DNA of 64,000 nt, from assembly GCA_963656095.1 (NCBI GenBank), contig CAVKHS010000004.1, positions 4,931 to 68,930 on the forward strand, given 5' to 3'. Position 1 is the stretch's first letter. Each line of letters opens with the position of its first letter. Made by a program: the position numbers and the translations under genes. The notes under the pieces are model-generated. The model saw nothing but the letters and a program-made list of their open reading frames with translations. It had not been told where the DNA came from and searched no databases. Source of the DNA: Paratractidigestivibacter sp. (GTDB taxonomy: Bacteria; Bacteroidota; Bacteroidia; Bacteroidales; Bacteroidaceae). Below are positions 24,821 through 35,000 of this stretch, piece after piece.

Positions 24821-27313
24821 ATGGAAACATTGAAGAAATGGTTGCCGGACATCTTGGCCATCATCCTCTTTGCCGTCATCGGCTTTGTCTACTTCATGCC
24901 TGCTGACATCGACGGCAGAGTCCTCTACCGCGAAGACTCCTCGGCAGGTCGCGGACTCGGTCAGGAGAGCAAGCTCTATCTCGACAAGACCGGCGAGCGC
25001 ACCCGCTGGACCAATTCCGCTTTCAGCGGTATGCCCACCTATCAGGTCTCGCCGTCCTACACCTCGACCAACGTCTTGGGCAAGATGGAGAATGCCTACC
25101 ACCTGTGGCTGCCCGAAAACGTGTGGTATGTCTTTGCCTATCTCTTGGGCTTCTACATCCTGCTGCGTGCCTTCGACTTCAAACAGTATCTCGCTGTGCT
25201 GGGCTCCATCCTTTGGGCTTTCTCCAGCTATTTCTTCATCATCATTGCCGCAGGCCATATCTGGAAGGTCATGGCGCTGGCCTATCTGCCGCCGATGATC
25301 GCCGGACTGGTGCTCAGCTACCGCGGTAAATATCTGTGGGGCTTGATCGTCACGGCCATTTTCACTGCCTTTGAGATCAATGCCAACCACGTGCAGATGA
25401 CCTACTACTATCTCTTCATCATCCTCTTCATGGTCATCGCCTGGCTCGTCATGGCCATCCGTGACAAGAAGTTGCCGCAGTTTGTCAAGGGCTCGGTGGT
25501 TTGTGCCGTCGGTGCCCTGCTCGGCGTGCTGATCAATATCTCCAACCTCTATCACACGTGGGAATATACCAAGGAGAGCATGCGTGGCAAGAGTGAACTG
25601 GTGAAGAAGAACTCCAGCAACCAGACCAGCAGCGGTCTCGACCGCGACTACATCACGCAGTGGAGCTACGGCATCGGTGAGACGTGGACGCTGCTCGTGC
25701 CCAACACCAAGGGCGGCGCCTCCGCGCCATTGGCTCAGAACGCCAAGGCCATGGAGAAAGCCGATCCCAACTTCATGCAGATCTATCAGCAGATGGGGCA
25801 GTACTGGGGTGACCAGCCCGGAACGAGTGGGCCGGTGTATGTCGGTGCTTTCGTGCTGATGCTCTTCATCCTGGGTCTGTTCATCGTGAAGGGCCCGATG
25901 GAGTGGGCCTTGTTAGGTGCCACCGTCCTGAGCATCCTGCTCTCATGGGGGCGTAACTTCATGGGCTTCACCAATTTCTTCCTCGACTACATCCCGATGT
26001 ATGCCAAGTTCCGTACGGTGGCTTCCATCCTTGTCATCGCCGAGTTCACGATTCCGTTGCTCGCCATGATGGCTTTGAAGAAGATCGTCGACGAGCCGGA
26101 GATCCTCAAGACCAAGATTCGCTGGGTGTGGGTGAGCTTCGCGCTGACCGGCGGCATCGCCCTGCTCTTCTGGCTGATGCCTTCAGTGTTCTTCCCCGAA
26201 TATATCTCAGTTCAGGAAAACCAGGCCTTGGCACAGATCCCGGCTGAATATCTCGGCCCGCTGAAATCCAATCTGACCGCTATCCGCGAGTATATCTTCA
26301 GCTCCGATGCCCTGCGCTCATTTATCGTCGTGGCTCTCGGCACGGCACTTCTCCTGCTCTATAAGTATAAGAAGCTCAACGCCAAGCTGCTCGTGTGCTG
26401 CGTGACGGTGCTCTGCCTCGTGGATATGTGGCAGGTCAACAAGCGCTATCTCAACGACGGCATGTTTGTAGAGGCCAGCGTGCGCAACAGCGACCAGCCG
26501 ATGACAGCGACCGACCGACAGATCCTCAAAGACAAGGGACTCGACTATCGTGTGCTGAACCTTGCGACAAGTACGTTCAACGAAAACGAGACCTCTTATT
26601 ATCACAAGAGTATCGGCGGTTATCATCCTGCCAAGCTGCGCCGCTATCAGGAGATGATCGACGCCTATATCGCTCCTGAGATGCAGAAGATGATGCCTGC
26701 CATCTCGAAGGCCGGCGGCGACATGACCAAGGTCGACGGATCGAAAGAGTGGCCTGTGCTGAACATGCTCAACGCCAAATATTTCATCCTGCCCTTGCAG
26801 AGCGGACAGACCGTGCCCTTGCAGAATCCCTATGTGCAGGGCAACGCGTGGTTTGTGGATAAGGTTGACTATGTCGACAACGCCAACCAGGAGATCGACC
26901 GCGTAGGAAAGATCGACCTGCACCATGAGGCTGTCGCCGACAAGAAGTTCAGTGAGCAACTCGGTAATGCCGTCAAGCAGGACGGTACCTCCATGGCGGT
27001 CATCAAGAGCTACGAGCCCAACCACCTGACCTATGAAGTCAACTCCGACAAGGGCGGCGTGCTCGTGTTCTCTGAGATCTATTATCCCGAGTGGACAGCA
27101 ACCGTCGACGGACAGAAGGCTGAGCTGGGACGCGTGAACTATATCCTGCGCGCCTTGAACGTGAAGCCGGGCAAGCATGAGGTCGCCCTTGACTTCCATC
27201 CTGCTTCCATCCGCACGACTGAGACGCTGGCCTACTGCTCTTATGGCATCCTCGCCCTGCTGATTGCAGCCGGAGCCTTTATGGAGCGCCGCAAGAACAA
27301 GGAAAAGGAATAA
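24821..27313 (+). CDS. Large polytopic membrane protein, YfhO-like (putative glycosyl-transfer or lipid-linked glycan membrane protein)
   Basis: 830 aa with many TM helices in the N-terminal two thirds, a soluble domain, and a final TM helix. This is the YfhO family architecture. The assignment rests on architecture and overall resemblance only. Confidence 0.6.
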   Translation: METLKKWLPDILAIILFAVIGFVYFMPADIDGRVLYREDSSAGRGLGQESKLYLDKTGERTRWTNSAFSGMPTYQVSPSYTSTNVLGKMENAYHLWLPENVWYVFAYLLGFYILLRAFDFKQYLAVLGSILWAFSSYFFIIIAAGHIWKVMALAYLPPMIAGLVLSYRGKYLWGLIVTAIFTAFEINANHVQMTYYYLFIILFMVIAWLVMAIRDKKLPQFVKGSVVCAVGALLGVLINISNLYHTWEYTKESMRGKSELVKKNSSNQTSSGLDRDYITQWSYGIGETWTLLVPNTKGGASAPLAQNAKAMEKADPNFMQIYQQMGQYWGDQPGTSGPVYVGAFVLMLFILGLFIVKGPMEWALLGATVLSILLSWGRNFMGFTNFFLDYIPMYAKFRTVASILVIAEFTIPLLAMMALKKIVDEPEILKTKIRWVWVSFALTGGIALLFWLMPSVFFPEYISVQENQALAQIPAEYLGPLKSNLTAIREYIFSSDALRSFIVVALGTALLLLYKYKKLNAKLLVCCVTVLCLVDMWQVNKRYLNDGMFVEASVRNSDQPMTATDRQILKDKGLDYRVLNLATSTFNENETSYYHKSIGGYHPAKLRRYQEMIDAYIAPEMQKMMPAISKAGGDMTKVDGSKEWPVLNMLNAKYFILPLQSGQTVPLQNPYVQGNAWFVDKVDYVDNANQEIDRVGKIDLHHEAVADKKFSEQLGNAVKQDGTSMAVIKSYEPNHLTYEVNSDKGGVLVFSEIYYPEWTATVDGQKAELGRVNYILRALNVKPGKHEVALDFHPASIRTTETLAYCSYGILALLIAAGAFMERRKNKEKE

Positions 27314-27343
27314 TACGTTTTACACCTTATTATATATAGCATA

Positions 27344-28129
27344 TTGATCAGATCATTGTTTTTCGACATCGACGGTACGCTGGTGAGCTTTCGCACGCAT
27401 CGCATCCCGCAAGCAACCGTCGACGCACTCACTGAGGCGAAGGCCCGTGGCGTGAAGATTTTCATCTCCACGGGCCGGCCTATACAGTTTATCACCAATC
27501 TCTCGCAGATCGAACATCTCATCGATGGCTACATCACGACCAATGGCGCCTACTGCTTTGTGGGCGAGGACACGGTCAGTCGTCATGCTATTGATCCTGC
27601 CGACGTGCAAAAGATCTTGCAGGCCTGCGACCGTTTCGGTCGGGCTGCCGTCGTCGTTGGGCAGAAGACCATTGCCGTCTATAACTGTCAGCCCATCGTG
27701 GCGAAGTCGTTCGGCGAGGGGCTTGGACTGACAGACATCGACTTTGATGAGCTCAGTAACGTGCTCCGGCAGGACATCCTGCAGGTGACGCCGTTCATCA
27801 CGGACGAGGAAGAGGCTCAACTCATGCCCATGATTCCCCATTGCGTCGGTGGCCGTTGGACTAAGGAGTTCGTCGACATCACGCAGGAAAATGCCGACAA
27901 GGGCAAAGGACTCGTGGCGATGGCGGCCTATGAGCACTTTGGCATTGACGAGACGATAGCCTTTGGTGATGGTGGCAACGACATCCCCATCATCCGGCAG
28001 GCCGGTATCGGCGTGGCAATGGGCAATGCCACCGACAACGTCAAGGCTGTGGCTGACTACATCACCACGGCTGTCGACGACAAGGGCGTGAAGAATGCGC
28101 TCATACATTTTGGTGTCATCAAAGGCTGA
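27344..28129 (+). CDS. Cof-type HAD-IIB phosphatase
   Basis: HAD motif I FFDIDGTLVSF, motif II ISTGRP, motif IV AFGDGGNDIPIIRQAG. The start codon is TTG, and no ATG precedes motif I. Confidence 0.88.
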   Translation: MIRSLFFDIDGTLVSFRTHRIPQATVDALTEAKARGVKIFISTGRPIQFITNLSQIEHLIDGYITTNGAYCFVGEDTVSRHAIDPADVQKILQACDRFGRAAVVVGQKTIAVYNCQPIVAKSFGEGLGLTDIDFDELSNVLRQDILQVTPFITDEEEAQLMPMIPHCVGGRWTKEFVDITQENADKGKGLVAMAAYEHFGIDETIAFGDGGNDIPIIRQAGIGVAMGNATDNVKAVADYITTAVDDKGVKNALIHFGVIKG

Positions 28130-28199
28130 AAACAATACTTTTGGGATGCATACATATTGAAAATAACGTGAAAACGACGCTTCTTTAAGAAAAAAGCAG

Positions 28200-28207
28200 T
28201 AATTTTG
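28200..28207 (+). promoter_or_regulatory. Candidate -7 promoter box for the MaoC-like gene
   Basis: TAATTTTG, 29 nt upstream of the ATG at 28236. Confidence 0.4.
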
Positions 28208-28235
28208 CGAGTAATATCATTAGATTAGGACATAC

Positions 28236-28700
28236 ATGGAAAAGCTTGTTATCAATTCCTTGGAGGAGTTTGCTTCTCACGAGGGACAACAATTAGGTAT
28301 ATCAGAATGGCTACAGGTGGACCAAGACCGCATCAACCAGTTCGCCGATGCTACACTCGATCATCAGTGGATCCACGTTGATGTGGAGCGCGCCAAGAAG
28401 GAAAGCCCCTATAAGAGCACGATCGCCCATGGCTATCTGACCCTCTCGCTGCTGCCCTATCTGTGGGGGCAGATCATCGAGGTGAACAATCTGAAGATGA
28501 TGGTCAACTATGGTATGGACAAGATGCGCTTTGGCATACCCGTCATCACCGGCAGCCGCATCAGACTGAATGCCAAGCTCGACAAGATCGAAAACCTGCG
28601 TGGCATCTGCAAGGCTTATATCGGCTTTAAGATAGAAGTGGAAGGTCAACGTAAGCCCGCACTGCAGGGCGAGGCTCAGTTCCTCTATTATTTTGAATAG
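28236..28700 (+). CDS. MaoC-family (R)-hydratase hotdog-fold protein
   Basis: 154 aa. FADATLDHQWIHVDVERAK...STIAHGYLTLSLL matches the MaoC dehydratase signature. Confidence 0.8.
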   Translation: MEKLVINSLEEFASHEGQQLGISEWLQVDQDRINQFADATLDHQWIHVDVERAKKESPYKSTIAHGYLTLSLLPYLWGQIIEVNNLKMMVNYGMDKMRFGIPVITGSRIRLNAKLDKIENLRGICKAYIGFKIEVEGQRKPALQGEAQFLYYFE

Positions 28701-28703
28701 ATC

Positions 28704-28892
28704 ATGGATCATTTACCTAAAGACCCGGCAATGCTCGTCTCGGCAGTGAATATGCTATTGCGCGACGAAGAGTTTGAATCGCTGTCTGAGCTTTGCTATT
28801 GTTTCAATTGTGAACCGGCCCACCTCAAACGCTATCTTGCTGAGCATGGCTTCTCATGGAATGAACATCAGAAGCAGTTCAAGGAGTGCTGA
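28704..28892 (+). CDS. DUF4250-like small protein
   Basis: 62 aa. LPKDPAMLVSAVNMLLRDEEFESLSELCYCFN... resembles the DUF4250 family. It starts 3 nt after the MaoC stop. Confidence 0.65.
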   Translation: MDHLPKDPAMLVSAVNMLLRDEEFESLSELCYCFNCEPAHLKRYLAEHGFSWNEHQKQFKEC

Positions 28893-28952
28893 CCGATGTG
28901 TCGGCAGGAGATGGGCTGAAGATTTCAACGTTTTCTTAATTCGGAATTATTT

Positions 28953-30797
28953 ATGTGTGGAATAGTAGGATACATTGGTCAGCGTAAGGCCTATGACATA
29001 TTGATTGGCGGACTCCACCGTCTGGAATACCGTGGCTACGATTCTGCCGGTGTGGCACTGATCAATGCCGAGGACCAACTCAATGTCTACAAGGCTAAGG
29101 GTAAGGTCGCTGACTTGGAGACGGCTGCCGCCGGCAAGGACTGCTCGGGCACGGTGGGTATCGCACATACCCGTTGGGCTACTCACGGAGAGCCCTCGGT
29201 GCGCAACGCTCACCCGCATGTGTCGGACTCCGGCAACATTGTCATTGTGCACAATGGCATCATCGAGAACTATGGCATCCTGCGCAAGCAGCTCGCCGAG
29301 AAGGGTTTCGCCTTCAAAAGTGAGACAGATACCGAGGTGCTCGTGCAACTCATTCAGTATGCTCAGGACAAGCATAAGTGCTCACTGGCCGAAGCTGTGC
29401 GCCACGCACTGAACAAATGCATCGGTGCCTATGCCATCGCCGTGCTCGACCGCCGCGATCCCAATACGCTGGTGGCTGCCCGCAAAGGCTCACCGCTCGT
29501 CGTGGGCATCGGTAAGGACAACAGCGAGTTCTTTGTTGCCTCAGACGCTACGCCGATCGCTGGCTATACCCAGAAGGTCGTCTACCTCGATGATGAGCAG
29601 ATCGTCGTGTGCCGGCCTGGCAAGAAACTGCAGATCATCGACTTGAAAAACCAGAAGGTGGATGTCAGCGTCAAGCAGATCGATATGGATCTCGATATGC
29701 TCGACCGTGGTGGCTTCCCCCATTTCATGCTCAAGGAGATCTTTGACCAGCCACGTTGTCTGCGTGACTGCATGAGCGGCCGTCTCTTCAACGACAAGGT
29801 CATCCTTTCGGCTGTGCGCAACAACCGCGCCCGTCTGCTCTCAGCCACACGCTTCATCATCGTGGCCTGCGGCACGAGCTGGCACGCCGGACTCATCGGC
29901 AAGCAGCTCATCGAGCACTATTGCAAGATTCCCGTGGAGGTGGACTACGCCTCGGAGTTTCGTTATCGCGACCCCGTGATCCTGCCTTCCGATGTGGTCA
30001 TCGCCATCTCGCAGAGTGGTGAGACTGCCGACACACTGGCTGCCATCAAGTTGGCCAAGGAGCGTGGCGCGTTTATCTTTGGCATCGTCAACGCCGTCGG
30101 CTCCAGTATCGCACGTGAGACCGACACCGGTATCTATATCCATGTAGGCCCGGAGATCGGCGTAGCCTCGACAAAAGCATTCACCGGTCAGCTCACCTGT
30201 CTGACATTGCTCGCCCTGGCACTCGCCAACGCCAAAGGTACCGTCGGTCACGATGAGTTCATCAGCCTCACGAAAGAGCTGGGTCAGATTCCTAACAAGA
30301 TCGACAAGATGCTTAAGGAGAACGACTGCGTCAGGCAGTTGGCCCGCACCTATACCTACGCTACCAACTTCCTTTACCTCGGTCGTGGATGGAACTATCC
30401 CGTGGCATTGGAGGGAGCACTGAAGTTGAAGGAGATCAGCTATATCCACGCTGAGGGCTATCCGGCCGCAGAGATGAAGCATGGTCCTATTGCGCTGGTG
30501 GACAACATGATGCCTGTGCTCTTTGTGGCTACGCATCACGAAGGCTATGAAAAGGTTGTCTCCAACATGCAGGAGGTGAAGGCTCGTGGCGGCCGCATCA
30601 TTGCCGTAGTCACTGAAGGCGACACAGAGGTGCAGAAGATCGCCGATGAGGTGATCAGCGTACCGCCGACATTGGCACCGCTGGCACCGCTGCTCACCGT
30701 GATCCCCTTGCAGTTGCTCGCTTACCACATTGCCGTGGAGAAGGGACTGAACGTCGACCAGCCGCGCAACCTCGCCAAGAGTGTGACCGTGGAGTAG
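28953..30797 (+). CDS. glmS: Glutamine--fructose-6-phosphate aminotransferase
   Basis: N-terminal nucleophile MCGIVGYIG, two SIS domains, and C-terminal ...NLAKSVTVE; 614 aa. Confidence 0.96.
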   Translation: MCGIVGYIGQRKAYDILIGGLHRLEYRGYDSAGVALINAEDQLNVYKAKGKVADLETAAAGKDCSGTVGIAHTRWATHGEPSVRNAHPHVSDSGNIVIVHNGIIENYGILRKQLAEKGFAFKSETDTEVLVQLIQYAQDKHKCSLAEAVRHALNKCIGAYAIAVLDRRDPNTLVAARKGSPLVVGIGKDNSEFFVASDATPIAGYTQKVVYLDDEQIVVCRPGKKLQIIDLKNQKVDVSVKQIDMDLDMLDRGGFPHFMLKEIFDQPRCLRDCMSGRLFNDKVILSAVRNNRARLLSATRFIIVACGTSWHAGLIGKQLIEHYCKIPVEVDYASEFRYRDPVILPSDVVIAISQSGETADTLAAIKLAKERGAFIFGIVNAVGSSIARETDTGIYIHVGPEIGVASTKAFTGQLTCLTLLALALANAKGTVGHDEFISLTKELGQIPNKIDKMLKENDCVRQLARTYTYATNFLYLGRGWNYPVALEGALKLKEISYIHAEGYPAAEMKHGPIALVDNMMPVLFVATHHEGYEKVVSNMQEVKARGGRIIAVVTEGDTEVQKIADEVISVPPTLAPLAPLLTVIPLQLLAYHIAVEKGLNVDQPRNLAKSVTVE

Positions 30798-30853
30798 GGC
30801 AGGGGCAGCGCTCTCTTGCGTCTCTTCGTGTTCTTAAATAAGCAATTTAGTAT

Positions 30854-31822
30854 ATGCAATATTTCATTGTTATCAACGACGTACAGCAAGGTCCGTTCAG
30901 CATCGACGAACTGCGTCAGCGTAATATCACTTCCGACACGCTGGTATGGGCCGAGGGAATGTCGCAATGGACACCGGCCTGGCAGGTCGAAGAACTCCGT
31001 CCGCTCTTCTATGACGATGCTCAGGCGGCCTGGACCGCTGCTGCTCAGCAGGGTCCGACGTCACCGCCGTACGGAACTCAAAATGGTGCGCAACCCGGCA
31101 ACACACCGGACGGCAGCTACCATGAACCCGGTACGGGAGGTACTACGCCGCCACCTTATCAGCCGGGAAAGAGCAACCGCAAGAAGGTGCTCACCTATGT
31201 GGGCATCGCAGTGGCTTTACTCCTCCTGATCATGGCTATAACCAATCCGTCTAAGGATGAGCACCGTCAGGTCATCAAAGACCATATCACGGCTGGCTTC
31301 CACCGAGGACTGAGCGGCAACGACAACAGCGGTCTTGCCTCATTGGCGTCTTCGATGATCTCGGCGTTGGCCGGTCCGGTCATCAACAGCGCTATCGACA
31401 ACCTGCTGCAATACCACAACTACGTCTTCTGGTCGACGACAACGATTGACATTCCGGGTACCGGCGAACAGCGTACGTCCTTGGGCATCTTCGGTAAGGT
31501 GTTTACCTCTGACGAGGCTACCATCGCCGAGGCTGTGGCTAAAGCCACGGGTGATAAGGACGACGAGAAAGACACGACGACCACAACGATCTTCACCGGT
31601 GTCAACAACGACGATGGTGACAATGGTGACGACGTCGCTACGCAGGTCACCGATACCATTGTGTCAATGGGCAACAAGGTCGGTCGCACCGTTGTGCACC
31701 GTGTCAGCAGGGATGTCAGCAAGGAGATCAAAAAGGAAATCAACCAAAACGCTGACAGCGCAACGGCATCGGGACTCAACAAGATCGTTGATGCTGTGGA
31801 GAGTTTCCTCAAAGGTCTTTGA
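30854..31822 (+). CDS. GYF_2 (DUF4339) domain membrane protein
   Basis: The N-terminal QYFIVINDVQQGPFSIDELRQRNITSDTLVWAEGMSQWTPA is the GYF_2 signature. It is followed by a Pro/Gly-rich linker, one TM helix (VGIAVALLLLIMAIT) and an NPSKDEH segment. Confidence 0.7.
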   Translation: MQYFIVINDVQQGPFSIDELRQRNITSDTLVWAEGMSQWTPAWQVEELRPLFYDDAQAAWTAAAQQGPTSPPYGTQNGAQPGNTPDGSYHEPGTGGTTPPPYQPGKSNRKKVLTYVGIAVALLLLIMAITNPSKDEHRQVIKDHITAGFHRGLSGNDNSGLASLASSMISALAGPVINSAIDNLLQYHNYVFWSTTTIDIPGTGEQRTSLGIFGKVFTSDEATIAEAVAKATGDKDDEKDTTTTTIFTGVNNDDGDNGDDVATQVTDTIVSMGNKVGRTVVHRVSRDVSKEIKKEINQNADSATASGLNKIVDAVESFLKGL

Positions 31823-31865
31823 TGCCTTTACGTTTCAAATAGAGACACAAAGAACGCAGAGACGG

Positions 31866-31913
31866 CCTCACCCCCTAACCCCTCTCCCTTTGGAGAGGGG
31901 TTAGGGGGTGAGG
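31866..31913. repeat. 22-bp perfect-stem palindromic element (possible U-tract-less terminator)
   Basis: cctcaccccctaacccctctcc-cttt-ggagaggggttagggggtgagg. Confidence 0.7.
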
Positions 31914-32007
31914 CTTCTAAATCTTCTTGATTCCTTTGCGTGAGTCTTGCAAAATCGTTAACTTTGCAATATCGGTTATTACTTTGTTACAAAAAGGAGA
32001 TTCTACT

Positions 32008-35000
32008 ATGAAGAAAAGACCATTCCGATTTTTTCCATTGGCTTTTGCTGCTTTCTTCGCGATGTCAGCGCAGGCTGAGGATCATCCGCTGTGGCTGCGG
32101 CATTGCGCCATCTCGCCCGACGGTGCGCAGATTGCCTTCTGTTATAAAGGCGACATCTTCACGGTGCCTGCCGCTGGTGGACAGGCGCGACAACTGACCT
32201 CAAACGCTGCCTACGACGGCAATCCCGTCTGGAGTCCCAACGGACAGCGGATCGCGTTCATGTCTAATCGTGAAGGAAGCATGGACATCTATGTCATGAG
32301 TAAAGATGGAGGTACACCCAAACGGTTGACAACGGACAGCGGCGACGAAACGCCAGTCACTTGGCGCGATAACAGTCATGTGCTCTTCTCAGCTGCGCTG
32401 TGGACAGAGCCGAAGTCGATCATCTTCCCGTCGAGACAATTCCCGCAGGTCTATGAAGTCGACGTCAACGGCTTGCGTCCGGTGAAGTTTTCCGACATCA
32501 CGATGGAAGACATGAATTTCAACGCTAAGGGACAGATCCTCTATCACGACAAGAAAGGCTATGAGGACACGTGGCGTAAGCATCATACTTCCCCCATCAC
32601 ACGTGACATCTGGCTTAATGACAATGGTAAATTCACGAAACTGACGTCGTTCAAAGGTGAGGACCGTAATCCGGTGTGGAACAGCAAGGGTGACGGCTTT
32701 TGGTATTTGTCCGAGCGGGACGGTACGTTCAACGTCTATCAACGGCCGTTGCATGGTAACAATGCGAAGCAGCTGACCTACTTCAGTGGCAATCCGGTGC
32801 GTTTTCTCTCAGCATCGAATGACGGCAAGCTCTGCTTCTCACAGAACGGGGAACTTTATACGCTCGTGCCCGGACAGCAGCCACAGAAGGTTGAGGTCTC
32901 TATTGTCACTGACTCAAACGACAAGGAAGTGGTACGCCGCACGCTGACAAGTGGCGCCACGGAGTTCTGTCTCTCACCCTCTGGCAAGGAGATCGCGTTT
33001 ATCGATCATGGCGATGTCTTCGTCACGTCGACCGACTATAAGACGACGAAACAGATTACCGATACGCCCGAGCAGGAGAGGAACCTCAGCTTCTCGCCCG
33101 ATGGCCGCTCACTTGTCTATGCCTCTGAACGCAACGGTCTTTGGCAGATCTATCTGGCAAAGATCAAAGATGCCAGGGAGAAACAGTTTGCCTATGCTGG
33201 TGACTTGGCGGAGGAACAACTCGTGAAGAGCGACCGGACATCGTTCATGCCGAAGTTCAGTCCTGACGGTAAGACGGTGGCCTTTGTCGAAGACCGCGGT
33301 ACGCTGAAGTCTGTCGACGTGAAGAGCCATACGGTCAAGGCGCTCATGGACGGCAAAAACATCTTCTCTTATTCTGATGGCGACATTGACTATCAGTGGA
33401 GTCCCGACTCCCGTTGGATCATCACTAACTATATCGGTAATGGCGGATGGAACAATGCCGACGTTGCCTTGGTGCCTGCAGATGGTTCGCAAAAGGTCGT
33501 GGATCTCACGGGAAGCGGATACAATGACGGCGCGGCGCGCTGGGCTTTGGGAGGAAAGGCCATCGCCTTCGCCTCAGACCGTGCCGGTTATCGCAGTCAT
33601 GGCAGTTGGGGTGCTGAGCAGGATGTCTATCTGATGTTCCTGGATCTCGATGCTTATGAGCGGTTCCAGATGAATAAGGAGGAGAAGGAGCGCTTCGACG
33701 AGGCACAGAAAGAGAAGAAAAAGGAGGAGGATAAGGCTAAGGATAAGAAGAAAAACAAAAAAGGCAAGAAGCTACGGAAGAAAGATGATAAGGATACCAA
33801 AGCGAAGCCTTTACGCTTTGACACGGAAAACTGCCGTGACCGTATCGTCCGTCTGACTGTCAACTCATCGGATCTTGGAGACTTTATCCTCTCGCCCGGT
33901 GGTGACACGCTCTATTATGAAGCTCGCTTTGAGGACGGTTATGACCTTTGGCGACACGAGATGCGCGAGGGAAAGACTACGTTGGTGATGAAGAAAGTCA
34001 ATGGCGGCGATTTGCAGGCCGACAGTACTTTCAAGAGTCTCTTTGCCATCAGTGAAGGCAAGATCAAGAAGATTGATCTGGCAAAAAGCGAGATTAAGGA
34101 TGTGGATTTTGAGGCGCGCTTCAACGACAAGCCTTATCAGGCGCGCCGCTATCTTTTTGATCATATCTGGCAACAGGTAAAGGATAAGTTCTATGATCCG
34201 AAACTGCATGGCGTCGACTGGCAAGGCTATCGCGACAACTATGCCCGCTTCCTGCCGTATATCAATAACAACTTCGACTTCAGTGAGATGGTCTCGGAGA
34301 TGCTCGGCGAGCTCAACGCCTCGCATACGGGCTGCCGTTACTATCCCAACGGTGCGTCGTTGCAGACAGCTGAGCTGGGTCTGCTCTATGACAGCCACTA
34401 TCAGGGCGATGGGCTGAAGGTGGCTGAGGTGATCAAGCGCGGGCCTTTTGCCGTGAGAAATACGGGTGTCACGTCCGGCTGCATCATCGAGAAGATCGAC
34501 GGACAACGTATTCTCAGAGACTCAGACTATACGTCGCTGATGGACGGTCGTGCCGGAAAGAATCTGCGTGTGAGCGTTTATAATCTTAAGACGGGCAAAC
34601 GCTTCGACGTACAGGTGCGCCCGATCTCTCGTGAAGCGCAGCGTGAACTGCTTTATAAACGCTGGGTGGACCACAACCGTGAGCTCGTGGACTCGTTGTC
34701 GCGTGGGCAACTGGCTTACGTGCATGTCAAGGCAATGGACAGCGAGAGCTTCCGTACGGTGTTCAGTGAATTGCTCAATGACAAGAACCGCAACCGCAAA
34801 GCAGCGATCATCGACGAGCGTCACAATGGCGGAGGATGGCTTCATGACGATCTCTGCACGCTGCTTAGCGGGAAGGAATACCAGGAGTTTATCGCTCACG
34901 GCAAATATATAGGGCGTGACCCTTGGAATAAGTGGGTGAAGCCTTCCTGTGTGATGATCTGCGAGGATGACTATAGCAATGGCCACGGATTCCCCTTTGT

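Noticed and set aside
27353-28135. 260-aa ORF covering the whole Cof-type HAD gene on the opposite strand
   Set aside because: The plus-strand frame carries all HAD motifs (DIDGT, STGRP, GDGGND). The minus-strand frame has none.
28893-28952. glmS ribozyme upstream of glmS
   Set aside because: Only 60 nt separate the DUF4250 stop from the glmS ATG, too short for the ribozyme. That element is characteristic of Gram-positive lineages.
31927-32007. N-terminal extensions offered by the ORF track (also 43053-43106, 37743-37805, 46516-46563, 12767-12826, 4602-4625 and 17321-17362)
   Set aside because: All of the extensions except 17321-17362 begin at TTG or GTG codons. They precede an ATG that yields a proper signal peptide, lipobox or catalytic N-terminus (e.g. 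MCGIVG for asnB). For two of them, including the ATG-initiated 17321-17362, the extension overlaps or abuts the predicted -7 box.
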